This document shows, one piece after another, positions 24,001 through 31,470 of a stretch of DNA of 64,000 nucleotides (its first letter is position 1; each line of letters begins with the position of its first letter). Origin of the DNA: Mytilus trossulus. Its lineage: Eukaryota. The translations under genes were made by a program, and so were the position numbers. The notes below the pieces were generated by a model. That model did not search any database and was not told the origin of the DNA. It saw only the letters and a list, made by a program, of their open reading frames with translations. The stretch lies in assembly GCF_036588685.1 (NCBI RefSeq), contig NC_086373.1:23746001-23810000 (forward strand). The letters are read 5' to 3'.

Positions 24001-26793
24001 AAATCATATACTTTCCAGTTTTAGTTCTTCTAACCAGTGGGCAAACAAAACTAACATTAAAGTATGTATGTATGGACACCATCCCATGCTTGGTTACATC
24101 CATTAGACTGTGGGAATGTATCAAATCTGTTACAGCTGATTGCATTGAATGTAGTAAAGGTTAAATCTTTGATTTAACTTAGCTTGCTTGCTAGCTGAAC
24201 AGTGAAGTCCTTATTAGGTAAGGTTAACTAGTTACTGCCCTCCTTTTGAAGTAGCTTAGTCCAACAGACAAGTAGATTGGTTACCTGTCGAACTAGTCTA
24301 CCGGTACTCTTAAAGGATTGTAGTTTACCTAACCTAATAATGACTTCATGGTTCAGCTAGCAAGCAAGCTAACCAAATATATTACCTTTACCTACTTACT
24401 CAATGCAATCAACTGTAAGTAAAATTGTGGAAGATGTCTTCAAGATTCCTAATTGTTTTAGAACAGAAAAAACTATGATACAAGTTGTAGGTTTAGAACA
24501 AAGTAGATCCTGGTTCCACCTGTTACTTATGTTTGCCAAAAAACAGCACAAAGTAAGAAATATAGCAGTCAACCACTAAAAGGTTTAATTTTAAAGAGAT
24601 TTCCCTCAAAGTAAACTCGTACAACTGTATGTATGGACACTGACTTTTTTATTGAGATTGGAAGTAAGTACATTTGTTTTACTTTCCTCTTCTTATCAAA
24701 ATCTTTCTATACAAGAAATATATACAAAACACATAAATCTTTTATCCATAATTTCACTGTGAAAAATCCTATTTCTTACCTGCTATGATTCCTTCATTTT
24801 TAGCAGTTATTGTCCTTAATTTCAACTGTATTTTTTCTGAAATCTGGAATAGAAAAGCAAATACATATAAAAGTCTCATATTATACTTCTTGATGCTTTT
24901 CCTATAGAAAATTTATCTTCAAATAGGGAACTGTGAGATGTAGTGAATAAGGAAGAGATTAATAAATGGAGTTTTATACATTTGTTGTAATTCAACTCTT
25001 AAAGTGTGTTTTCTAAAAAAGCCATTACTAATTTGTGAAAATATTCATCACTTTAAAATATACAAAACAAACTTCCTTTCTTACATGTATAACGTGAGGG
25101 TACCCAATTTGCACCTATTTTGACATTTTTTTAACCTTTGTTTATTTCTGCTTCAGACAAAAGTTTCCATTATGTGTTTATTTTGTAGATGTATCATTAT
25201 TTACAATATGGTTTCACCAATTTAATTTTGAATCCATATAGAATCATAGAAAAATTTATCTAAACTGACCTCCAAACCATCAATGATTCAGTAATGAGGA
25301 GTACCCAAATTGAATCCATGCTTAAATTTGCATCCTCAAAGTGGAATTACATAGCCTTTGTTTAATTCTTCAAATATTTTGAATAATTGGATATTAGTCA
25401 ATGTTTACTATTCATTTTTTAAGAAATGGATACTAGTAACATACATTGTATTTGCTACATGTAACTTTATAAGGATGACGTTTTGATGACGTCCAATGGT
25501 GACGTTTCCATACATTTAGCTTTTTCAGTAAACACTTCATCTGTTGATAAATACTGTGAACGTGTTGTGTATATCTAAATATTTATATACTTTTTATGTT
25601 GAAAGACGTGCATAGCATCAAATCATAAAAATAAAAATTGTTTAGTCTCTAGGAAATCTCGTAAGATTTTTTGCTGCTGTAATTGTAAAATAGGTGCAAT
25701 TTGGGTACCATCACGTTGTGTTAAGGGCATACGATACAGATTCCGTATTTACAGTTTGATGAAAATTTCCATGTAGGCTATTTTTTGTCTCATTAAATCC
25801 AATATGTAATAATAAATATACCTTCTTATGCTACTTTTTGAGTTAAATGAGGTCGAAATTTTGTATATTTGCTCAAAATTTCAGATTTGTGGCTGTATTT
25901 TCTCTTTCAAAAGAAAACCATAACTTTTTTGTTTCAAAAGATAAACACAAATTGTTTTTTGTTAAATATTTTGTTATTTTGTATTTTCTAAGTATCCTAA
26001 ATTATTATGCATTTTTTATTCAGATTATCGAATGGTCATGAATTAAGAAAAAAACATAATTTTTTGTTGTATATTTAATAAATTTTTTCTAAAAATGCAC
26101 AATTTACAGTTTTATAAAATTTGGTCCACATACATGACATAATTTCCCTGCAACAATGAAACAAAATGTCTTTTTAAAAAATAGGGGTCCATGCACTCGT
26201 GTTCAAATTCAATAAGTTTGAGTGAAAAAAATCAGTTGAAAAATGCATCTTTTTTTTATATGTCATAGCTTGACGTCAGGAAAATAGCATTTTACATTTG
26301 CAATATCATTACCTTCCCTGTAACTGTATTGTATGCCCTTAAGTAAAGCTTGTTTTGCTGCAGCAAAAATACCACAAGCTGTCAATATCACAACTAAATA
26401 TAGCTGCTGAAACCCTAGCTCTTAGGTCGTTATGATATTTTTACTTTAACTGTGAAAAAATATCAGCATGGTCCGTAAATTCTCTATATGTCCGTCTCTC
26501 TAGCTAGAATATATATATCTGAATACTGTTGTGGTAATGAATTGTGGCCAATCTTAGGTACATTTTGTACTGTCTCTTCCTCTGACCAAGGAATTCAAAA
26601 ATAGATTACATTCAGTAGGGATTGAGAGGCATGTTATGTTCACAGTTATAGTCATAGTTATTGAGCTGTATATGTGTACCTCTTTGATATTTGGATGTTT
26701 CTTCTTAGCCTCTGCAGAGAGTCCTCTCAAATCAGTCTGCAAGTTCTCTACCAGTTTCTTAGCCACAGTTTGGTCTTTTATTGGGGAAGCCAT
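1..26793 (-). CDS. MON2: Protein MON2 homolog (Sec7/Arf-GEF-related Golgi-endosome scaffold); spliced gene, 17 coding exons in window, 3' part outside window
   Basis: Spliced translation matches recalled MON2 motifs in order: [150 protein letters not shown]. All introns GT-AG with consistent phases. Confidence 0.96.
307..1256 (-). mobile_element. Helentron-associated non-autonomous element (HINE/DINE-like) with 4 x ~192-bp central tandem repeat
   Basis: Palindrome GGGTTCCGCGGAACCC plus subTIR at the left end; units anchored at 434, 626, 819, 1012; (GAC)n tract, stem-loop TTCGACTTAAGTCGAA and A-run at the right end. Confidence 0.75.
1288..1380 (-). mobile_element. 3' fragment of tRNA-derived SINE (related to 57811-58050)
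   Basis: Reverse complement ...ctccaccaacaaaaactggc...gtgcttaatagtggcgttaaaacacc resembles the tail of the 57811 copy. Confidence 0.45.
1457..2011. mobile_element. MITE with TTAA TSD and G-starting TIRs (Kolobok-like)
   Basis: TTAA|GGGGGCTCCTGGGTATAAA ... TTTGTACCCATGAGCCAAC|TTAA, imperfect ~19-bp TIR. Confidence 0.65.
2184..3877 (-). mobile_element. HINE-like element carrying two different internal tandem arrays (260-bp and ~160-bp units)
   Basis: SubTIRs TATACGACCGC / GCAGTCGTATA, (GAC)n tract at ~3810, terminal stem-loop, A-run flanks. Confidence 0.72.
4279..4383 (-). CDS. MON2: MON2 exon 16 ([35 protein letters not shown])
   Basis: ttacag acceptor, GTATGT donor, 105 nt. Confidence 0.94.
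5118..5251 (-). CDS. MON2: MON2 exon 15 (...[10 protein letters not shown]...QGPVM)
   Basis: ttttag acceptor, GTAATG donor. Confidence 0.9.
5545..5729 (-). CDS. MON2: MON2 exon 14 ([12 protein letters not shown]...[19 protein letters not shown]...)
   Basis: tttcag acceptor, GTTGGT donor. Confidence 0.92.
6515..6735. repeat. Decayed copy of interspersed repeat family A
   Basis: Similar to 15035-15105 plus 16181-16309 (atgatagccaataagacaactctcc...ggccttcaacaatgag). Confidence 0.6.
7084..7538. mobile_element. MITE with ~30-bp imperfect TIRs and TA TSD (Tc1/mariner-like)
   Basis: TA|CATGGTCTGAGTACACAGTTATCTTCCC ... GGGAAAATAACTGTGTTCTAGGACCACA|TA. Confidence 0.65.
7586..7874. repeat. Multi-hairpin foldback element
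   Basis: Perfect 21-bp IR at 7586-7606/7729-7749, followed by a ~120-bp near-perfect palindrome at 7754-7874. Confidence 0.75.
8197..8397. mobile_element. ~200-bp MITE with TA TSD
   Basis: TA|CTGTGGATTCATT ... AATGAATCCACAG|TA. Confidence 0.75.
9092..9176 (-). CDS. MON2: MON2 exon 13 ([21 protein letters not shown])
   Basis: ttttag acceptor, GTAATT donor. Confidence 0.92.
9609..9781 (-). CDS. MON2: MON2 exon 12 ([22 protein letters not shown]...)
   Basis: ttttag acceptor, GTTGGT donor, phase fits exon 13. Confidence 0.88.
10039..12327 (-). mobile_element. HINE-like element with 4 x ~500-bp central tandem repeat
   Basis: Left end CTAGAGGCTCTAAAGAGCCT palindrome plus GCTCACC subTIR; units at 10303, 10779, 11279, 11781; (GAC/GACG)n tract; AGCTCACTTGGCCCTTCGGGCCAGGTGAGCT stem-loop plus A-run. 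Confidence 0.85.
12363..13291. mobile_element. Internally deleted PIF/Harbinger-like element
   Basis: TAA|AGCCCCAGTCCCACTAGACCAC ... GTAGCCTAGTGGGACTGCGGTA|TAA; CACGAT/TACGA subterminal motifs; frameshifted coding relic inside. Confidence 0.72.
13552..13705 (-). CDS. MON2: MON2 exon 11 (...[19 protein letters not shown]...)
   Basis: tttaag acceptor, GTAAGT donor, conserved motif. Confidence 0.9.
14491..14618 (-). CDS. MON2: MON2 exon 10 ([29 protein letters not shown]...)
   Basis: ttgaag acceptor, GTGAGT donor. Confidence 0.9.
15106..16176. mobile_element. piggyBac-like non-autonomous element
   Basis: TTAA|CCCTTAGACTGCTGCA ... TGTAGCAGTCTAAGGG|TTAA (15/16 TIR match, CCC termini). Confidence 0.85.
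16309..17054 (-). mobile_element. HINE-like element, same family as 10039-12327 but with one central unit
   Basis: Same termini (CTAGAGGCTCTCAAGAGCCTGTGTCGCTCACC ... GGTGAGCTAAAAA). Confidence 0.85.
17386..17510 (-). CDS. MON2: MON2 exon 9 ([20 protein letters not shown]...)
   Basis: tttcag acceptor, GTATGA donor. Confidence 0.92.
17744..18042 (-). mobile_element. Short HINE-like element
   Basis: ACAAG start, ATGCCCC / GGGGCAT subTIRs, (GAAC/GAC) microsatellite, A-run. Confidence 0.6.
18066..18260 (-). CDS. MON2: MON2 exon 8 ([22 protein letters not shown]...YYSLL)
   Basis: tttcag acceptor, GTTTGT donor, 195 nt. Confidence 0.92.
18664..18789 (-). CDS. MON2: MON2 exon 7 ([30 protein letters not shown]...)
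   Basis: gtacag acceptor, GTGAGT donor, 126 nt. Confidence 0.94.
18850..19140. repeat. Decayed family A copy, opposite orientation
   Basis: Ends ...ggtggagagttatctcatttgcaatcatacatctttttt. Confidence 0.55.
19225..19672 (-). repeat. Tandem array (64-72-bp units) of the MON2 exon 6 3' end plus donor
   Basis: Three near-identical units (donor junctions 19620, 19556, 19484) and about four progressively degenerate units further into the intron. Confidence 0.85.
19620..19720 (-). CDS. MON2: MON2 exon 6 ([11 protein letters not shown]...[13 protein letters not shown])
   Basis: tttcag acceptor; GTCAGT at 19619 is the only one of three repeated donors that keeps frame with exon 7. Confidence 0.88.
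20625..20885. repeat. Interspersed repeat family C fragment
   Basis: Reverse complement of ~53966-54215; ends GAACAGCGGTATACAACTGTTGCCTTTATTT. Confidence 0.75.
21038..21170 (-). CDS. MON2: MON2 exon 5 ([13 protein letters not shown]...VFERVLSED)
   Basis: tttcag acceptor, GTATGT donor. Confidence 0.92.
21643..21774 (-). CDS. MON2: MON2 exon 4 ([25 protein letters not shown]...ESLAK)
   Basis: tttcag acceptor, GTATTG donor, 132 nt. Confidence 0.92.
22135..22477. mobile_element. Foldback MITE with ~80-bp TIRs
   Basis: AGGCTATTATTTGAACTTGGAA...ATAAATTCCAT mirrored by ATGGAATTT...TTCCAAGTTCAAATAATAGCCT. Confidence 0.75.
22714..23572. mobile_element. hAT-like non-autonomous element
   Basis: TAGGGATGTCAA ... 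TTGACATCCATA TIRs; 8-bp TSD ATAATTTT/ATAATTAT; subterminal ACCGAGC.ATACT.AAGTACTC repeats. Confidence 0.72.
23694..23821 (-). CDS. MON2: MON2 exon 3 ([19 protein letters not shown]...EAVSM)
   Basis: taacag acceptor, GTAAGT donor, conserved motif. Confidence 0.92.
24133..24415. mobile_element. Almost fully palindromic MITE with TA TSD
   Basis: TA|CAGCTGATTGCATTGA...TTAGCTTGCTTGCTAGCTGAAC mirrored by GTTCAGCTAGCAAGCAAGCTAA...TCAATGCAATCAACTG|TA. Confidence 0.75.
24780..24843 (-). CDS. MON2: MON2 exon 2 ([21 protein letters not shown])
   Basis: ttccag acceptor, GTAAGA donor, 64 nt, phase fits neighbours. Confidence 0.85.
25090..25718. mobile_element. MITE with ~35-bp TIRs (probably TA-targeting Tc1/mariner/pogo type)
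   Basis: AACGTGAGGGTACCCAATTTGCACCTATTTT vs AAAATAGGTGCAATTTGGGTACCATCACGTT. Confidence 0.75.
25725..26338. mobile_element. Kolobok-like MITE with TTAA TSD
   Basis: TTAA|GGGCATACGATACAG ... CTGTATTGTATGCCC|TTAA (14/15 match). Confidence 0.78.
26680..26793 (-). CDS. MON2: MON2 coding exon 1 (MASPIKDQ...HPNIKE)
   Basis: ATG at 26793, donor GTAC at 26679, phase 0. Confidence 0.9.
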
Positions 26794-27402
26794 GACAAAG
26801 TCTTTTAGTTTGTTTTTAAAAATATATAAACTACGTTTCTATCTGCACATTAAACTAAATGGATAACAAATAGGTTATTTTAGGACATGATACATAAACA
26901 CACTGGAGTTGTATATTACTGAAATTTTACTCCTCACGACCTCTAAGACAATTAAATCGTTTCTTGTGTCATATCAGATTATTACAAATTGGTCTTATGT
27001 TTTAATTCACTATGGACTTTTTCATGACAATGTCTACAAGGTTTAATAACAGCAGGACAGGATTTCCAACATCATTTTCTCATTTATCGGATGTTGTGTG
27101 TCACAATGAAGGGAGACAACTTTAAAATAAAATTGCTTACAATGTCGACCCTATAAACAATCGCCACGTAGTTTTATATGCTGCTTGAAAAGGTTGCCTC
27201 GGCCTGTAACAAACTCGGTCAACCACTATTGAAATAAAAAAATAAAGTGACCAAAATCGACCTATAATTTGTAGAGTAGGCTGTCTGCTGCCTTTTTTTT
27301 TACTTTTGTTATTTATTGTTTATAATTAAAATCAAAATACGAATTTATGAGATGATGATAAATATTTTTTTTTTAAAATACTGAAGAAATGTATTGAAAT
27401 TT

Positions 27403-27442
27403 CAAGGATTTTTATAGTCTACAGTAACTATACAAATCCTTG
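27403..27442. mobile_element. 40-bp palindromic mini-element with CA..TG ends and 7-bp TSD
   Basis: GAAATTT|CAAGGATTTTTATAGT...ACTATACAAATCCTTG|GAAATAT. Confidence 0.55.
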
Positions 27443-27729
27443 GAAATATTAAAACTTCAAATTAAGAAAGTAGTTAAAATGATAATTTCGATTTAATTAT
27501 TCTTTAATTCATAGTTTTCAGCGACCAAATTTCCAGTTATTAAAGGTCCTAAATATTACTTCTCGCCTGTCGATTTTTTTTCTTGATTTTTTTTCTTATT
27601 CGCAATACTTGAGCCGATATTGAGAAATATTATGATTTTTATAAACAAACCATAAGAAAGAATAAAGAGATAAATAGTAATGATTTTATCTGACCTTAAA
27701 AAAGTATTTTTCTACTTCCTATACTAAAA

Positions 27730-27774
27730 CAGAGACATATAATACTATATTATATATAGTATTATATGTCTCTG
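27730..27774. mobile_element. 45-bp palindromic mini-element with CA..TG ends and perfect 7-bp TSD (P-element-like)
   Basis: ACTAAAA|CAGAGACATATAATACTATA ttata TATAGTATTATATGTCTCTG|ACTAAAA. Confidence 0.7.
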
Positions 27775-28514
27775 ACTAAAATAGTAACTGTTTTCCGTAC
27801 ACATTAAATTTTACCAGCAATGGATATTGAGAAATTGTGAAAATGTAATTTTTGATCTATTTATTTGAAAGTAGAATGCTTCTGCTACACAAATATGGGC
27901 TGATTTTGACAATACTTTGCACATATATTGGGTACTAATATCATTAAGTCATGCTAAATTACTGAAATCATCACACAATTTTAGCATTTTGGTTAAATCT
28001 TAGACGGTTCCCGTCTTAAATGAAAGTGGCCGCATTCGTGTTCATTCATAATATTGAAATGTAAGTTGTATTTGATAATAATACATAATATATTTAAAGG
28101 TTGAGGATGAACACGGATGCGGCCACTTTCATTTATGACAAAAACCATTTGTAAAGTGACGATTTTTTGCATATTTGATAGATTTTTCATATCTAAGCTT
28201 AAATCGGAGCGGTTTTAACGACTTAACCAGTTAAAATCTTGCACATGAACTAATTGAATCAACTGAAATAGACACTTAAGTGTTTAAAAAGTGTCCAAAA
28301 TCTTTCGTTAGATTAACCTATTATTTTAGGCCAAAATCGGCCCTTACCGGACCTACTCCTTTTATACCAGAAATGGATATTGAGAAATGCAGTTCCTTTC
28401 ATAAAATTTGTTGTGTGAGGAAAATACAAGATACTATATCGTGCTGGCAATCTGATAAGTCAGAGACTTTTCCAAATGATGTTTGTTGCAGTTGTGGAAA
28501 TGCATGAGCTATCG

Positions 28515-28785
28515 CGTGAAATATGTTTAACACCGCCACATTATGAGTGTGTATGTCCTAGGTCAGAAGCCTGTGATAATATTTGTGTTCCGCTATTTGT
28601 TTTATCATTAAAGTCAAGTTGTTGGTTTTCTCGTTTTTTAAATTGTTTTACACTTTGTGTTGCCGTGGCGTTTAATAGCTTACATTACGGAACGGGGTGT
28701 CACAGTCTCATTGTTGAAGTACATACACGTCTTTTGGTCGATGTTGGGTAGTAGATTCATTGGCAATCCTACTATCTACTTATTT
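28515..28785. repeat. Decayed family A copy
   Basis: tgtttaacaccgccacatt...gtcagaagcctgt...cattggcaatcctac. Confidence 0.5.
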
Positions 28786-28804
28786 TTACAATACTATTAC
28801 TTGT

Positions 28805-29193
28805 TTATGCAAGGTTCTTCAACCGACCGGCAGTAAAACGCTTGCCGAAGTGGGGCTTACCAGTTTGGCTGTGCGGGATGTATTAAGTTCGCAGTCACGT
28901 CCGGTAAGAATGAGGACATTAAATCCGATGTCTCGTGTTTAGAGAGTGTCACGCTCTTTGCTCGATAATAACCCTTGCAATAACTCTCTGAGGGTCCGTA
29001 GGTAGGCCTGTTGCAAGGCAAAATTTCTGATGGCATTTTACAGCGATAGTCCAAATTTCCCCGACTATCATCCTAAATGGCTTCTATTATGACAAGACCT
29101 ACCTTTTGTATTTATAGTAAACTTGTTCTCGTCCTGAATATGCATGAAATATTTGCCACTGGACGTTAAGCAACCAACAATCAATCAATCAAT
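28805..29193 (+). mobile_element. 5'-truncated SINE with a Meta-domain-like core and (AATC)n tail
   Basis: GC-richer body with ggacattaaatccgatgtctcgtgt...; tail ...ggacgttaagcaaccaacaatcaatcaatcaa; family assignment from recall only. Confidence 0.55.
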
Positions 29194-29695
29194 TAACTTT
29201 GAAAACAAACGAGTCACATGATCGAAAATTTGTGAAACAAAATGTAAGCTTAGAGTAAATTCAAAATATATTTTTAGTTTTTATTAACAAAAGTGAAAAC
29301 GATTTCTGCGTAACTATAGTTACCATAACAGAAACGTAATCATTTGTGATATTTTTCATTTACATAATGTATATTTACACAGGTCACGGATATATTTATT
29401 TATAGTAGACAAGTTAACTTATATATAATAAGCTCAATGCTTTAGTACATAAACACTTAACATCCTGTTAAAAAAATCAATCTTAATAATACATATATGT
29501 ACATTAAATTATTGATGAAAGGAAGTACATGGTTTTCCAAGCAAGAGGCATAAAAAGTCAGTTGTTAAGCTTAGCCAGAGATCGAAAAGGTATGATTAAT
29601 ATGGTTACCTTAAAACAATGCGAAACAAAAATTAAACGGATATTTCTATATTATGTATAGGGAATATACGTGGCATTGAAGTCAAACAGCGTGCA

Positions 29696-29781
29696 TGCCA
29701 CAAGCGGGGCTCGAATTCACAACCTCATGCAGTATACCATGCTAATGATTCCATAGTTGAACTATCCAAACCACTCGCTAC
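29696..29781 (-). mobile_element. tRNA-derived SINE head fragment
   Basis: Minus strand has A-box-like gtagcgagtgg and B-box-like gaattcgagccc. Confidence 0.45.
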
Positions 29782-29903
29782 GTGTAATGACTATAATGAA
29801 ACTATAGTTAACTATAGTTAACACCAGACTGTGAACTATCCAAACCACTCGCTACGTGTAATGACTATAATGAAACTATAGTTAACTATAGTTAACACCA
29901 GAC
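29758..29903. repeat. Perfect 72-bp tandem duplication (period 74)
   Basis: 29758-29829 = 29832-29903; contains (AACTATAGTT)2. Confidence 0.9.
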
Positions 29904-30761
29904 AAATATGTAGTTATTTAAGTCAAGCTTTTGAAGCTCGTAATAATAATCTAATGTCAGTTGGTCTACCATAAGTATAATACTATGTAATACTGTGATA
30001 TTATATATATAATTGGTACTTCAAATGTTTTCTTTATGTTGTATTTGCATAAATTGTCATGTTTAATGTGTTTATATCTTGGAATACGCATTGTATCATA
30101 TGTGCTTTGTCCAATAAAATATTTGAATTTGAAAAAGATATGTATGTTTTCGAATGGTTTTTGTTGTGTTTTTTCAAGTTCTGGTAGTTTTGTTTGTATT
30201 CGTATCATTATTGTTCGTAAGGGATTTTTTAATGAGAAACAGTTAAGCCTAATCATTTTTACGACTCAACGATAATTAACCTATACCGATAATGTACAAG
30301 AATAGACTTTATAACGATTCCATATATCAAATAGTGTAATAAATAATTACTAAGGAACGACAAATCGTGACAACTTCAGCATTATCGTAGTACTGAAGAA
30401 CTGAACATCGGATGACCGCAAGATCTGGTGGATAGTCGAATCTCTATACCTGAAAGTTAGGTTAAGGTACATTGATATATTTTTTTTTCTGCGACGAGTT
30501 CCAGTGGATGATCAATACAATAAATGACAGCGAAGTTAACCTCGCCTATTTTAGTGTTATATTCATTTGTTATCAGTATAATCTGGTTTGTTGTTTTATA
30601 TATAGCAGATCCGCAGAGCAGATCATCTGTCGAGATATGTTTCCGCATGCGTCAACACACATTTTTGGTGTTGATAATGTGTTACTGATAGATATATTTC
30701 TCCAATACATGAGTATTAGCCTTTCAAAAAGGGCTAGTCGTCTCTTAGCTGATGAAAATGG

Positions 30762-31470
30762 AAATAAAATTGAGAATGGAAATGGGGAATGTGTCAAAGA
30801 GACAGCAACCCGACCAAATAAAAAACAACAGCAGAAGGTCACCAACAGGTCTTCAATGTAGCGATAAATTCCCGCACCCGGAGGCGTCCTTCAGCTGGCC
30901 CATAAACAATTATATACTAGTTCAGTGATAATGAAAGCCATACTAATTTCCAAATTGTACACAAGAAACTAATATAAAAATAATACAAGACTAACAAAGG
31001 CCAGAGGCTCCTGACTTGGGACAGGCGCAAAAATGCGGCGGGGTTAAACATGTTTGTGAGATCTCAACCCTCCCCCTATACCTCTAACCAATGTAGAAAA
31101 ATAAACGCATAACAATACGCACATTAAAATTCAGTTCAAGAGAAGTCCGAGTCTGATGTCAGAAGATGTAACCAAAGAAAATAAACAAAATGACAATAAT
31201 ACATAAATAACAAAAGACTACTAGCAGTTAACTGACATGCCAGCTCCAGACTTCAATTAAACTGACTGAAAGATTATGATTTCATCATATGAACATCAGG
31301 CACAATACTTCCCGTTAGGGGTTTAGTATCATACCATCATAACATATATGAGAAGAACATAACCCGTGTCATGCCAACAACTGTTTTTAGAATAAATGTC
31401 TTTAGTTCCGACGCAAAGACCTTATCAGTGACTCAATATTAACGCCAAAATATGCAATCTTTAATGACTT
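30762..31470. repeat. Interspersed repeat family B (SINE/retroposon-like)
   Basis: Terminus AATAAAATTGAGAATGGAAATGGGGAATGTGTCAAAGAGAC is also seen inverted at 35133-35172 and 48971-48996; shares core GGCTCCTGACTTGGGACAGGC with family A. Confidence 0.7.

Noticed and set aside
27381-27410. CTGAAGA...GAAA hammerhead-like core
   Set aside because: No viable stem II, stem III or cleavage triplet
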